A stretch of 64,000 bases of DNA from Octopus sinensis (Eukaryota), in contig NC_043009.1 of assembly GCF_006345805.1 (NCBI RefSeq), positions 17,856,001-17,920,000 of the forward strand, read 5' to 3'. This document shows positions 40,381 through 53,672 of this stretch, in pieces; position 1 is the first letter of the stretch; the number at the start of each line of letters is the position of its first letter. Position numbers and translations under genes: made by a program. The notes under the pieces are model-generated. The model was not told the origin of the DNA, ran no database searches, and saw only the letters and a list, made by a program, of their open reading frames with translations.

Positions 40381-41945
40381 TAAATAAAATCCAAGAATGG
40401 AATAATAGTAAGCTCAGACAAAACACGAAACACCTATAACATGAGCATTGTCACTTACCATGAACTTATCCACCATGAAATCCATAAAAAATATAAAGTA
40501 GTCCCTAGGAGTACCCTGAAAACAATCAACTTAGAGGTTAAAAAGATTATGTTAGAGTATAATATTGATGACTGGACTGAACCATTTACACCGATTAGAC
40601 TTCATATAGCTATTAAGAACCATAAAGATAATTATCTACATAACACCCCGGTCAGATTAATATGCCCCAATAAATCAGATTTAGGTAAGCTTAGCAAAGC
40701 AATCTTAGATAAGTATATGCCAACCCTTAAAAAAAAAATTAAATTGGAGTTATGGATAAACACCCAAAGGGCAATAGAATGGTTCTCAAACATAAAATAT
40801 AAGGACAATCATGAATTTTTGCTAATTGACATCCAAAATTATTACTCCTCCATTACCCCACTATCCTAAATAGTACACATATTTTTGCTATGAATTATAC
40901 TAAGATAAGTAGAAAAGAAATTAACGTAATACTAACGGCCCGTAAGTCCATTACAGAATTTAATAACAAGTTGTGAGCCAGAAAGACACCCCTGACTTCT
41001 TTGATATAACTATGGGAGCCCCAGATTCAGCTGAAGTAACTGACCTCATGGGTATTTACCTTTAAGATAACATTTACAAAGAGCTCCCTAAAGTTGTAGG
41101 AGGCCTATATAGAGACAATGCACTTTTCCTTATAAAAACCTCTCCAATAGACACCTTGAATTACTTAAGAAACACCTGCATAAATTCTTCAATAGATTCA
41201 GCCTCTCCATTACTATAGAGAATGAAAACCACTTCATCAACTACTTAGACATTAACTGTGGTTTAAATACAGGTTAACACCAACCTTATATGAAACCTAA
41301 CCTTAACCATAAGTATATAAACTATCAAAGTAACCATCCACAATCAGTAAAAAGGGCTTTAATTAGAGGCATTAGCAAAAGGATTTCCTATCTCGCATCT
41401 AATGAGGACATATTTAATAGTCAAAAGGATAAGTATGATAAGGTACTTATGGAGGTGGGCTATAGAGGTAGAATTAAATATATCCCACACGAACATGTAA
41501 TGGATAGTAGTAATAACGAAAATGCCAACCGCAACATTACTGCGCGTGACTTTACACCCAAGCGATGTAAAAATGCACAGGTAGCAGCAGCAAATGACAC
41601 TAACATGACCAGATTTAGTAACTGTATGAATAACTACATAACAATAGTATACTAGTAGAATTACGAGGGTCAATGGACACAGAAAAAATAATATCAACAA
41701 GCACACCCTCCACAAGGAAACTGCTGGCAAATTGGGTGATAAGATCTGATGTATAATCCCTTTTGCAATGCAAATAAGGACAAACTTAGCTAAGCAATTA
41801 TTCAATTTGTAAACAGACACTTTGATAAGAATAATAGGTATTCTAATCTTATAAATAGTAGTACAATAAGGATAGATTATAGCCTTACACATAATTTAGG
41901 GAGCATAATATCCTTACTGAATAATAAAAAATTAGATACTTTCTC
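40381..41945 (+). pseudogene. Penelope-like element reverse transcriptase remnant
   Basis: KNHKDNYLHNTPVRLICPNKSDLGKLSKAILD, LIDIQNYYSSI, FDITMGAPDSAEVTDLMGIYL, GGLYRDNAL (YxDD site decayed), YQSNHPQSVKR, RHFDKNNRYSNLINSSTIRIDYSLTHNLGSII; multiple stops and frameshifts. Confidence 0.9.
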
Positions 41946-44002
41946 CATTTTCTGATTATTTGCATTGGTTCCTGATAAACTCTTGTTTATCCTGTAGTTA
42001 CCTGTACTCTTCGTATATGGTGTGCCTGCACACCAATGTCCAGGGATAATATGGGTAATGGATACCGATAGTATATACAAATATTTTATCCCTTAGTTGG
42101 TTATTATAACTGCTAACTCTGTTTACTCTTTATTTCTATATCATTGTCCCAACTCCTGTCCAATGTTTGTTCAAACTTTGTACAATCCCTGTATATTACT
42201 GGTATGATGTGGAAATCTTGGACAACCTTACAGTAGAAACAGTTGCAAGAGTTTAGTATTTTTTCACTCATTTATTCATTTATTTATTTTTATTTATCTA
42301 TTTATTTACTTGTTTATTTGCTATTTCATTTGTTTATTTTGATTACTTATACACATGATTGCAATCAATTAATAAATAGATTTAAATGAATGTTTACAGG
42401 CTGATGTTTGTTGATTGATTATCCTCTTCATTTTCTTATTTGCCTTATAAATTCTGGGTAAATTTCTAATTTTACCCCCACCCATACATAGTATTCAATT
42501 GCAATATTGCCCTGCAATAGTAAGCACTTGGATATAAATACATAGGTATACATCCAGTAGTATATTGGATATTTATTATCCCTTAGATGGTTGCATAACC
42601 TCTAACTCATACAGACATATGTGTGTGTGTGTATTTATATATATATATATATATACGGGTGAAGGGTAAGAATAGATAGTTATGTACTACACATATTTGT
42701 AAAGACTCACCAAACAAACATTCCCTAACTTCAAGGTACTACATACATGTTCAGTGTTTGTAGAAAAGTATCCTGAAGGAACATTGAGCACTTATGTTGC
42801 ACCTGAAAATTATGTAGTATTTACTAGGTGAGCCTTTTCAAACAAGTGTAATACATAAGTACCTACTCCATTCTCTTCCCCGACAGATTTTTTATTGCAT
42901 AATATATTGGAAATTGTACAGTGGCCATCATGTCTGTCTATCTCAATATGAAAGTGTATTGGAAACTTTGATTGATAAAGTTTGTTCATAGATTATCATC
43001 TAATTTGTGTTGTCTATACAAACCTCGTCTTGGCTTAAGGCTAACCAACTGTCTGTACCACAACCATATTGGATCTCACTAATTTATTATCATACACTCA
43101 CACACACACACACACACATACATATTTCTTTCAATATTAGATTTAGCTCACAAGGAATTAGTCAACCAGTGGGAACAAACTCTAAACAACATGATTCCAA
43201 AATGAATTCAATAAAGACATAATCATGCATGCACCTACATCATGCACATGTGAGTGAGTGTGTGTGTATGTGTGTGTGCGTGTGTGAGTGTGTGTGTGTG
43301 TTTTTTGCCTACATACATGCACACACACACACATACGTACACACACACATATGTACTCACAAATGCATAATACTGGATTGACTCAACAACCACACTCTTA
43401 GACTCTTCTCAAAAACTAAATCTTGATTTTAAAGTTTGGCTACTTCAAAATTAGTCAAGGCCATTAATCATATCATTCCTACATCATATCATTCCTACAT
43501 CCTCTTTTTCAAGACTATCTTCCCACCCACTTAACCAACATTTATCCCACTACTGCAACCTCTGTTTCCATCATCACCATTAGCATCTTCATCATCCTCG
43601 TCATCTTTCAAGTTCCTGCAACATCCCAGCTATTTACTGTTGTGATGATATCTCTAAGTGTCTCTATAGACTTTACTCACTCTCAACAGTAATTGTACTA
43701 CAAAAGTTTTTTAAGTAGGAAGTAATGAAACGAGGGTTTATGTCATAACTCAAGTGTCACCCAGATATTTTAAACAGTGTTTAGTTGATTAATTTAATGA
43801 AAACAAAAATAAAAGCTATGTTTGAACATATGAGATTAAAAGCAATCATCAATAAATATATCTAATTCTTTATTGCTTTTATCAAATTTAAAGTGTTAAT
43901 AACAGTTGTGTAAAAAGACAGGACTGTAGCTGGGACATTAATGTAGACATACATGTAGCAAAGCATGGTTTTGGTAGAAACAATAATTTCAAAGTAAATA
44001 TT

Positions 44003-44215
44003 CTTTTCTACTCTAGGCACAAGGCCCAGAATTTTGGGGGAGGGAGCCAGTCAATTAGATCGACCCCAGTATGCAACTGGTACTTAGTTTATCAATCCTG
44101 AAAAGATGAAAGGCAAAGTCAACCACAGTGGAATTTGAACTCAGAATGTAAAGACAGATGAAATGCCACTAAACAATTTGCCTAGCATGCTAACGTTTCA
44201 GCCAGCTCGCCGCCT
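44003..44215 (-). mobile_element. SINE family B with 19-bp TSD
   Basis: Flanked by taatttcaaagtaaatatt at 43984-44002 and 44216-44234. Confidence 0.92.
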
Positions 44216-44234
44216 TAATTTCAAAGTAAATATT

Positions 44235-44440
44235 GGTTTCAAAATGTGGGCTCAAGACCAGGCCAGGTGTAAGTCAATTACATTGACCCCAGAGCCTAGC
44301 TGATCCATATTTTATTGACCTCAAAAGGATGAAAGGCAAAGTCATCCTCAGTGGAATTTGAACTCAGAACATAAAGATGGATGAAATGCTGCTAAGCGTT
44401 TTGTCTGCTGTGCCAGCGATTCTGCCAGTTTGTCACCTTA
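44235..44440 (-). mobile_element. Older SINE family B copy
   Basis: ttattgacctcaaaaggatgaaaggcaaagtcatcctcagtggaatttgaactc...ctgccagtttgtcacctt. Confidence 0.8.
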
Positions 44441-44609
44441 ATTTAAAGCAAATATAGAGACAAGACAGTAGCAGAAATAAAAGGGTCAGGCTAACTGTAA
44501 GTACAGGTTTGTGGCAAAAAATAAAGAAAAATGAATCATAGAGAAAAGTAACCTATTGAGTGAAGTACATCAACATCAAAATAAAAATCAAATGGAAATT
44601 GTAGTTGTG

Positions 44610-44870
44610 ATACCTGTGTTGGTGGCATGTAAAAAGCACCATCCAAATGTGCCAGTGCAGCTTTGACTGGCTTCCGTGCCGGTGGCATGTAAAATGCACC
44701 CACTAGACTCACAGAGTGGTTGATGTTAGGAAGGGCATCCAGCTGTAGAAACACTGCCAGATCAGACTGGAGCCTGGAGCAGCCTTCTGGCTTCCCAGAC
44801 CCTGGTCGAACCCTCCAACCCATGCTAGCATGGAAAACAAACATTAAACGACGATGATGATGATGATGAG
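44610..44870 (+). mobile_element. Family C repeat with (GAT)n tail
   Basis: ggtggcatgtaaaaagcacc (twice)...ttaggaagggcatccagctgtagaaac...ccatgctagcatggaaaac. Confidence 0.85.
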
Positions 44871-45201
44871 TAGTGACAGAAATAATGTGTTTTTGGTTTG
44901 TTTTTTTAAAATACTATAAAATGGGTCAGAAAGAAAGTCAAATTAGATACAGAGAGAGAAGTCATTGAGAGTTATACTAGGGTTAGAATACATGTAGTGA
45001 AAAGGCAGTGGTAGAAATAGACATATTGAAGTAGATGTTGCAGGATAGTATGGCAGTGGCAAAAGTATTAGAAGCAGAGAAAATGTGACATGAGAGCAAT
45101 ATAAATATAAAAGTCAGATTAAATGTAGGCAGATAGTGAAAGCAAAAATAATGTCACACTTAATGTAGCAGAAATTTCTGCCCATAGTAGAAATGTTAGT
45201 G

Positions 45202-45425
45202 TTAAATTTAGCACTCAGATTACTCTGTCAAATGTAATGCTTATTTATTCCCATAGATTTGAATTAATCATGCATTATCTCATAGCATCGAAATTTCAAT
45301 GGTGTCATTGTTTGTTTTTAAAATGACATTGCAGGGTAGGTGTGAAAGGCTGGATCTGCCAGATTTGAATATAGAAACCGGTAGAATATTTGGGCTGGAT
45401 GTGGCAGGTTTAAATGCTAAAGGCT
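45202..45425. mobile_element. MITE with piggyBac-like ends (TTAA-CCCTTTAGCATT type), decayed
   Basis: Starts ttaaatttagcactc and ends aatgctaaaggctca; related copy at 59530-59702 ends aatgctaaaggg|ttaa. Confidence 0.6.
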
Positions 45426-45899
45426 CAGTGAATAGAACAGTATGTAAGATATTTGGGGTCCAAGCAAGCAAAATGGTATATTGGGGATCCACAGTAGTAT
45501 TTTAAAAGTCCATGAAAAAAATGTTGATTTAGATGTGGTTATTGCAAAACCAGCAAGGTTTCCCTCTCTAACACTTTAGAGAGTTTTCTTGCAAACCAAC
45601 TCCAGTGAATGGGTGAAAAACTAAGTAGGAATCTTGAAAAAAGTCTCTATGAAACTAGTTTTTAAACATCAAATGGCTGTAGGGGTCAAAGGGGGCCATA
45701 AATGAAGAGTGATTGAGAAACATTGGTGTAGAGACAGAGCTGCCGCAAAAATAGGGGTCAGACTAAATGGAAGTACAATGTAACAGTAAAAATTCTATCA
45801 GCAAAGGAGAGAGAACAATGGCAGAAATAGCAGTGTTAGACAAAATATGAAATAGTATGGTGTCATTTTATATATGAATTCATATCTTGCCATATCTTT

Positions 45900-46100
45900 T
45901 ATCTTCTCTTACTTGTTTCAGTTATTTGACTGTGGCCATGCTGAGGCACCACTTTGTAGGGTTTTAATTGAACAAATTAACCACAGCCTAGTACTTATTC
46001 TATCAGTCTCATTTGCCGGATTGCTAAGTTACAAGGACATCAACACTGGTTGTCAAGCTGTGATGGGGGACAAACACAGACACAAAGACACACACATCCG
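45900..46100 (-). mobile_element. SINE family A, 3' half
   Basis: cttgtttcagttatttgactgtggccatgctg...caacactggttgtcaag. Confidence 0.8.
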
Positions 46101-46984
46101 GTTTCTGTGACCGAAGAGGAGATAACTACTTCTAAATGCTTGGCTCTGAGAGCTGATTTAGGTGTGTTTACACCATTTGTCTACAGTGAGAAATTTTCTC
46201 CATGACAGAACACAGTGAATGGCTTGTTTGTTAGTTCAAACATGCCTTTTGTTATTGAAGAAAACAGGACAGGGTGCATTTGAAAGAGGGCTTGCTGCTG
46301 TTTCTACCAAGTCAAGCTACTGGTAAAAGATTCTTTTGATAATTCAGGAAATCAAAAGACCCCACATTTGTTATGAAAGTGAAAACAAGATGTAGTGAGA
46401 CTTATGTTTACAGTTTTCTTCTTTATTTTTATTTCCCAAAAATATTAACTGAAAAGAAAGTTTCATAGCAATGAAAGTTGAGTTGTTGCTAAAACAATAC
46501 ACGTACTATTAAATTAGAGGTGTTATTATAGTGTACTGTTGGTACTGTGTGAGTTATTACAGGTGCTGAGTTAAAGGAAGCGTTCAGATAGTGTCTTTTA
46601 TTCAATTACAAGAAACACATCTCCTCAGCAACCTTAACCAGTTAAGCAATTGTTTATCCAGTTAAGCAACTCTTATAACATTTCCTTCTGTTTAATAAAT
46701 TGTTGCAATGTCTGTAACTATATTAATATATGTATCATACTTTAACAGCAGAATGATGGGGACTGAATGAATAAGAAGTTGGTGGTTCAATTCCTCACAA
46801 TGTCTTTATTGTTAAAAATATTATACCAGATACATTGGTCAGCTCCAAGAGAGAACTACAGGCAAAGGAAGGGAAGTTCTTTTCCTAAAGTGTTGTAAAG
46901 TTATTGACTGGTTCAGTAGATATACTTGAGAGAGGACTGAAGTCAATTTCATCTAACTGATAAATTCTGAGAATGTGAACATGA

Positions 46985-46989
46985 AAGAG

Positions 46990-47078
<89 letters not shown>
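46985..47078. repeat. (AG)n microsatellite
   Basis: Visible tract. Confidence 0.95.
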
Positions 47079-47083
<5 letters not shown>

Positions 47084-48799
47084 TGTGTGAGTGTGTGTTT
47101 TGCAATTGCCATCTGCCATACTTTCTAGTTGTAGGTTGATAGCAGCTCAGACTGTTCATGTTACAGAATCTCATTGTTGACAAGTCTAGCTGTCAAAACA
47201 AACAGCTGATAGCCAAACAACCAATGGACATGAATGCTTGATTGTCTGTTTCACTTGTTTTCTCTCTGTACTTGCTGCTCTGATGAAAGACCTTATAATA
47301 GGGTTGACTGACTCTCAAACAACAATTTTGATTAGTTGGTTCATCATGACATTATCAGCTGATTTGATGTGCATTTAAAAAAGCGTAGTGGTCATCTTTT
47401 TAATGATGTCATCAATCAATTTGATAAGAATTGTTTTTTTTTAAAAAGCCATAATGGTCAATTTTTTCAGATGATATCACTAATCAATTCAAGAAGTATG
47501 GCTGCTTGTCAAAAATCTGATTGGAAATAACTGGTCCCAGTTTTAAATTTTAGACAGTGACCTGTCATCCCTTATTGAGTACATTAAAATATTAAACCTA
47601 CCGTATTTATTCATGTATTATGATATACAGTTTTTACCAGATTTTAAGCTTAAATATTTGGGGAGTGCATTATTCATGACGACTAAATGTTAAATGCTAC
47701 ATATTCTTTACTAAATCAAGTGAAATTATCTGATGTGTAATGAAAATTAAGATCACTAATAATGTTACAGTTTGCTATAGTTGGCACAACTCACAATTAG
47801 TGATCCTGTGGCATTACAGGCATCAACCTTCCGTATGAAAGGCTAGAATGTAACACTTTTAGCATTGAAAAATATAAATACCTTCATTGCTTGAATGTGA
47901 ATGTAAAAGAAAATGCTTCTGTTCTTTCAATAGTTTTGTTAGAATGTAAATAATTTCATTATTGAAAATATAGCTTCAGTTTTTTAATTGAAGATTAAAT
48001 TATTGATAAAGGTAATGCATAATATACTATCACTATCAAAATGTGAAAATAAACTGAAAGAAATAAATTCTTCAGTTCCTGAAATACTGTAATTATTATA
48101 ATAAACCATTACTATATATATATTTTTCTACTGAAAGAACAAAAGTATTTGATAATGTATTTGAGTGAAAGTATTTGATAATTAATGTGTTTACATTCTG
48201 TATTATATCTTTTATATCCTTCCATACAGAAGGTAGATGGCAATAATTCTACATGTTTGCCAGTAAAGTTAAATTAGTGATGTGCATTATATATGAATGT
48301 GTGTTATACATGAATAAATATGATGTTTGTTTATTTTTACCATAAGCCATTTCAATGTTTGAATTCACATTGACTGTTAATTATATAAGTAATATTATGT
48401 GACCAATCAAAAACTATTAACTACAACCTATTAAATGTAGGTTTTACACATCTGGCTTACGAATTCTTGTTGATCCAAGAATTGATATACATTCAGAATT
48501 CTCCATAGTTTGATCACATCTTTTAGACATAGGCATAGATGTATGAATGAGAACAGAGTGAATTTCATCTGTTCCACAGTTTTCTTGAACCATAGCTTCT
48601 CTATTCATTGGTTAGTTTGAACTGGCCCTTACAGAAAGTGTAAACAAGCATAGATTGATGTTAATTGTATCTTGAGGGAATGAGATCCCTTACAAAAATC
48701 ATGTCAGAATTAACCATTAAGAAAAATAAGCACATTCTAAAGACGTCTAAAGGAAAGGAACACCACAGAGGTTTTCCTAAGATTAGATTTACTACATAA

Positions 48800-49020
48800 G
48801 GTAGGGAACTGGCAGAATTATTATCACACTGGGCAAAATGCTTAAATGTTCTGAGATTTAATGTTTTATGTTCTGAGATCAAATTCTGCTGAGATCGACT
48901 TTGCCTTTTATACTTTCAGGGTCAATAAAATAAGTATTAGTTGAGCGGTGGGGTAGAAGTAATGATTTTACTCCTCCTCCAAATTGTTGGCCTTGTATGA
49001 AAATTTGAATCCAATATTAG
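48800..49020 (+). mobile_element. SINE family B, degenerate
   Basis: gaactggcagaattattatcacactgggcaaaatgctt...tcaaattctgctgagatcgactttgcc. Confidence 0.75.
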
Positions 49021-50087
49021 ATTTACCACAATGCAAAAGGTGCCCATGAAATAGGTCCTCACAAAAAGTATTGAAAACACTCAATTTTTCCTGTTGTTCT
49101 AATTGTAAATAAACAATTTACTTATATTGTATACTACTATTTAGTATTAAAAACAAAGAAAACAGTTTATTTTTAATAAGTTGTGAGGTAAGGCTGGAAG
49201 AAAACTGAATTTTTAATCTATTGTTTCTGTTGTAAGGAATTAGTAATAATGGTACACCCCTCCCACATGACAAGTGGAATGAGTCAGTCTCTATGAGTAA
49301 GGTGACATCAGCTGGTATTGAGGGAGTATGTAGAGTAAGAGAGTGTATGTTTAGACTGTGCTGTTAGTTGTGTCTGAGCTGATCTAATAATTATACTGTG
49401 ATATTGAGTGGGTATTATAACAATCCAACTTTTTTAGGATAATAATACCGTATGGCTGCTGATAGAAACATTTTATTGACGACTTCAGAATAGAACAATA
49501 TCTATTGGAGTGACATCAGTCATACAAAGACAGACACAACGGTAGCAAAAGACCGCTTTATTACAGTTTCACATTCTGCTTCTGTGAAAATGGGGTACCA
49601 TTCTTTGGAAGAATTGATGGAGCACCATTCTTGAATTGTATGTACGGCATCATTTGCCTTCTTACTCATTTACAAACCTAACATGAATATAATTAGGATT
49701 AGTTTTACAGGTTCCATTAGCAATTTGAACGCTTGATTATGTATATGATGTCACTGATAAATTATATCAAATGCAGGAAGTTAAATGAGAAGTATTGCTT
49801 TGATAAGAGATTTATTGGAAATGTAAGTCATTTATTACATATGAGGAATTTGTATGAATGTTGAACATACAACAAATGCAGTAGGATTCAAGAGCCATCG
49901 TCATCCTCACAACATTTAATGCTGTGAAACACTTTATTTAGTCCAGCCATTGTCATACTCGTTTAATAAGTTGACAGCCATTACGTGTGTGTGTGTGTGT
50001 GTGCATGTTTATTGAGCTCCACAATGCATTATGTCAAAATTGGCTGCAATATCTAATGACATCTAATATCACACTGTGCTGACGGTG

Positions 50088-50295
50088 GTGAGCTGCCAAA
50101 ATGGTTAGCATGCCAAGTAGAATGCTCAGCAACATTTCATCTGTCTTTACATTCTGTGTTCAGATGCCAACCAGGCCCACTTTGCCATTCATCTTTTCAG
50201 GGTCAATAAAATAAGTACCAGTTGTGTACTGGGGTCGATGTAATTGACTTACCCCCTCTCCTGAAATTGCTGTCTTGTGCCGAAATTTGAAACCT
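50088..50295 (+). mobile_element. SINE family B
   Basis: ggtggtgagctgccaaaatggttagcatgcc...aataagtaccagttgtgtactggggtcgat. Confidence 0.8.
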
Positions 50296-51658
50296 CTCTG
50301 CTTTATTGTATTACTCTGCACTTTAGATTATTATTGTAAGAGGGAAACATTTGGATACATATTTATTTCATTGTCAAGTCCACCATGGAGTAAGGGGGGC
50401 ATTATGAATAAGATAGCACTATAAAGCTTCTACAGGGGTCAAATTCCAGAAGTGGCAGTCAACGCAGTAGTGTTAGCTGACTAAATACTCGTTAATTAGC
50501 TAGCATTACTTAATAATTACAGCAGTGAAATGATACCTACTTAGAGATAGATGGACTGTGAAATTAAGAAAAGCTCTGGACTTGATATAGCACTGGTCAT
50601 TGAATCATTTGGGGTATGTGGGTATTTTGAAAATATTTCATGGAGTGATGACCATGCTCTGCATAGTTATGAGATGCCCTCTGGTAAGGTATAGCATTCA
50701 TTCAGCCACCCTGTCAGGGATACAGCAAAGTCATGGGACTGCAACATGGTGGATTGTGAGTAAGTAACAGAGGAGCTCAATTGATCCAATGGTGCTTCTT
50801 ACATTGATGCTGAGCAGAGGAATCCTAGAAAATCAACCAGTGGGACCACCAAGCCCTATCAAGAGAGTAACTGCAATGCATCCATAGGGGTGGTGTTCAT
50901 GGTTGTGTAATAGGTTAATGAAAGATTCGTTATGACTTGAGCTCTCAATATAAATTTATGATAATAGGATTGGATGATGACAGGGTGTCATGGAAATTCA
51001 AGAAAGCAACAAAAAGAAAATGGTTATATATTGCAAACTTTACTGATTGGTGTTTGATACTCTATCTTCTCAGGTCTCAGATTATAAATGGTGTTTCAGA
51101 AGCCTCAATGAACCTTACTAAAAATGTTTCAAAACAAAGGAAGGTGAAAAAAAGCAAAAATCTCAATATTCTTGACTTATATAAACCATTATGAATGTGA
51201 AATAATAAAAACAAGTTCAAGCCGGGGACTGAAACTGTGTCACAAACTTTGCTCTTTCGGGTCATCATCACGTAGAATGTCAATTTTCACAAGGGAAGCT
51301 AGAGAGCCATCATATCTCATAGCTGTGAAACTAGAGAAATGGGAAACATGCATCTCAGAAAGTCATGCTGGCTTTAACAAAGCCTTAATTAAAATGATCA
51401 TAATTAAAACTGAAAAGGAAAACAGCTTGATTGATAAGCTTTACTAATGATTAACACAAAATTATAAAGACTTTTGGAAACAGAGAGGGATAGTGAGAAG
51501 AAGGGAAGTGAAACAGAGAGAGAGAGAAAGAGAGAGCACGAGAGGGAAAACAAGGACAGAGAGATAGATGCATACATAAATGCCAATATGCATACATACA
51601 ATCATATACATACATACACGCGCACATGCACACACAAACGCACACACTCACACATGCA

Positions 51659-51689
<31 letters not shown>

Positions 51690-51923
51690 GCACATAAACT
51701 GAGTACACAGAGGAAATGAGACAGAAAGATGGGTAGTTTTCCAAATCAAACTGACAAACAGATGGAAAAACTAATAATATAATATGATGTATAATATACA
51801 TATAATATAACACATTATAATATATCATGATATAATATTATATTATATTATATTTTATAATATAATACACTTGGCTCTTGAGTCACTCTGTAGCTTCTGC
51901 TAAATATTGATATATACATGTAT

Positions 51924-51924
<1 letters not shown>

Positions 51925-51979
<55 letters not shown>

Positions 51980-52430
51980 TTAACATCTATTATCCATACT
52001 GGCATGGAGTGGGTGGTTTGACCAGAGCTTGTAAGCTGGGGAGTTGCACCAGACTTCAGTCTGACTTGGCATGGTTTCTGTGGCTGGATTCCCTTCCTAA
52101 CACCAACCCCGTTACCAAGTGTGCTGAGTGCTTTTACAAGGCATCACATGGGCACTTTTACATGGCATTGCATGGGAACTTTTCAATGACATAGCCACAA
52201 GTGCTTTACACTTTTACACTACCAGAGGGACGGGTTTTAACATGTCTGCAGCAGAGTGTGGGCTTCCTTGTGTACAGCAAGGTACCAGGCATCTCAGTCC
52301 TTTGTCATCTCACCTGAAAGGTTCAACATCCTGAGGTCATTCTTCAGTACTTCATCTTATGTCTTCCTCGATCCCTGACTTCCACGTGTTTCATCTACTT
52401 TGTGAGATCAGCCCTTCTTTATGGATCTGC
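51925..52430 (-). mobile_element. RTE LINE 3' end continuous with the family C tail
   Basis: (CAT)n tail and family C body run into tttgtcatctcacctgaaaggttcaacatcctgaggtcattcttcagtacttcatc (RTE ORF end, similar to 10250-10320), linking family C to the RTE 3' UTR. Confidence 0.7.
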
Positions 52431-52447
52431 CAGCATCTATCCACATC

Positions 52448-52480
<33 letters not shown>

Positions 52481-52487
<7 letters not shown>

Positions 52488-52763
52488 TATCAAGGGAGCT
52501 GGAAGTGCCAATACCTTCAAAAACTACCAAAACCTTCGGCTAAAATTATACACATGGCTGAAAGCAAGCAAGTGAGAGAAAATTAAAAGACCACATGTTA
52601 ATTGTGAATTGGTTCCAGTTTCTGGATTAAAGCAAAAATTTTCTCTCGCTTGCCCATTTTCAGCCATGTGTATAATTTTAGTTGGAGTTTTTGGTTGTTT
52701 CTGAAGGCATCAGCACTTCAAGCATAATAGAGATAGGTCGTTTTCACCCTAGCTCCCTTGATA

Positions 52764-52770
<7 letters not shown>
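52481..52770. mobile_element. Fold-back (inverted-repeat) element inside (TA)n
   Basis: Terminal 20-bp perfect IR plus inner 24-bp perfect IR (52540-52563/52658-52681) and 17-bp IR with one mismatch (52568-52584/52637-52653). Confidence 0.8.
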
Positions 52771-52805
<35 letters not shown>

Positions 52806-52937
52806 ATATGTACATTATTATTAATTCAGTGTATTAATTGCCTATAAAATTTTATAGCATGCTGACTATTTGATAACAATCATTAACATGATTTTTATCC
52901 TTATATTCTTTTATGAATTAATAAATAAATAATATAT

Positions 52938-52980
<43 letters not shown>

Positions 52981-53238
52981 TTAAATGTCTATGGTTCATG
53001 CTGTCCCAGTATATATGCACATATACGCAGCGCTATATATATGTATATTATTCCTAATTATATAACTTCAGTAAATTGTACTTTGCTTAGATGAATTGAA
53101 ATGTACTCTGTTGAGTACATTCACAAAAATGCTGTTGAGTTCTTATGAATGTTATTGTCACATGCACACACAGACATACAAATGTACATATGCATATATT
53201 TATACATACATATATGTGAGCACGTGTGCATATATATA

Positions 53239-53275
<37 letters not shown>

Positions 53276-53641
53276 TTATCATTTTTATCATTTTATCTAG
53301 TTTCAGCTCAAGAGCTGTGGCCATGCTGGGGCACCGCCATTCAATTTATATATAATACTTAATCATATCAAAGAGAAATGGAAATTAATTAAGATTTCCA
53401 TTTCCAGTGGCCTAGCATGTAAAAATTTAGTCCAAAGATTATGTATTAGTAATAAAATACAGTGTACATTTAAACACATGAGGAATCCACTTGTGGGTTT
53501 CAACACACTAGAAAGAACAGCTAGGTTCTATAACCACAAAATTAGGGATAAAATTCGACAGGAACGAAATGAAAAAATAAAACATTTTACCATCAAGTTT
53601 TCTGGACCAATTGTGTTTAAATGTACACTGTATTTTATGAC

Positions 53642-53672
<31 letters not shown>

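Noticed and set aside
46555-46592. AELKEAFR peptide reminiscent of a calmodulin EF-hand after an AG
   Set aside because: Immediately followed by a stop, no EF loop, no good donor.
47279-47320. CTGATGA followed by a weak stem as a hammerhead
   Set aside because: No GAAA core strand or stem III.
50560-50910. Possible LINE C-terminal remnant
   Set aside because: Only vague resemblance (SHPVRD...SYIDA); too decayed to call.
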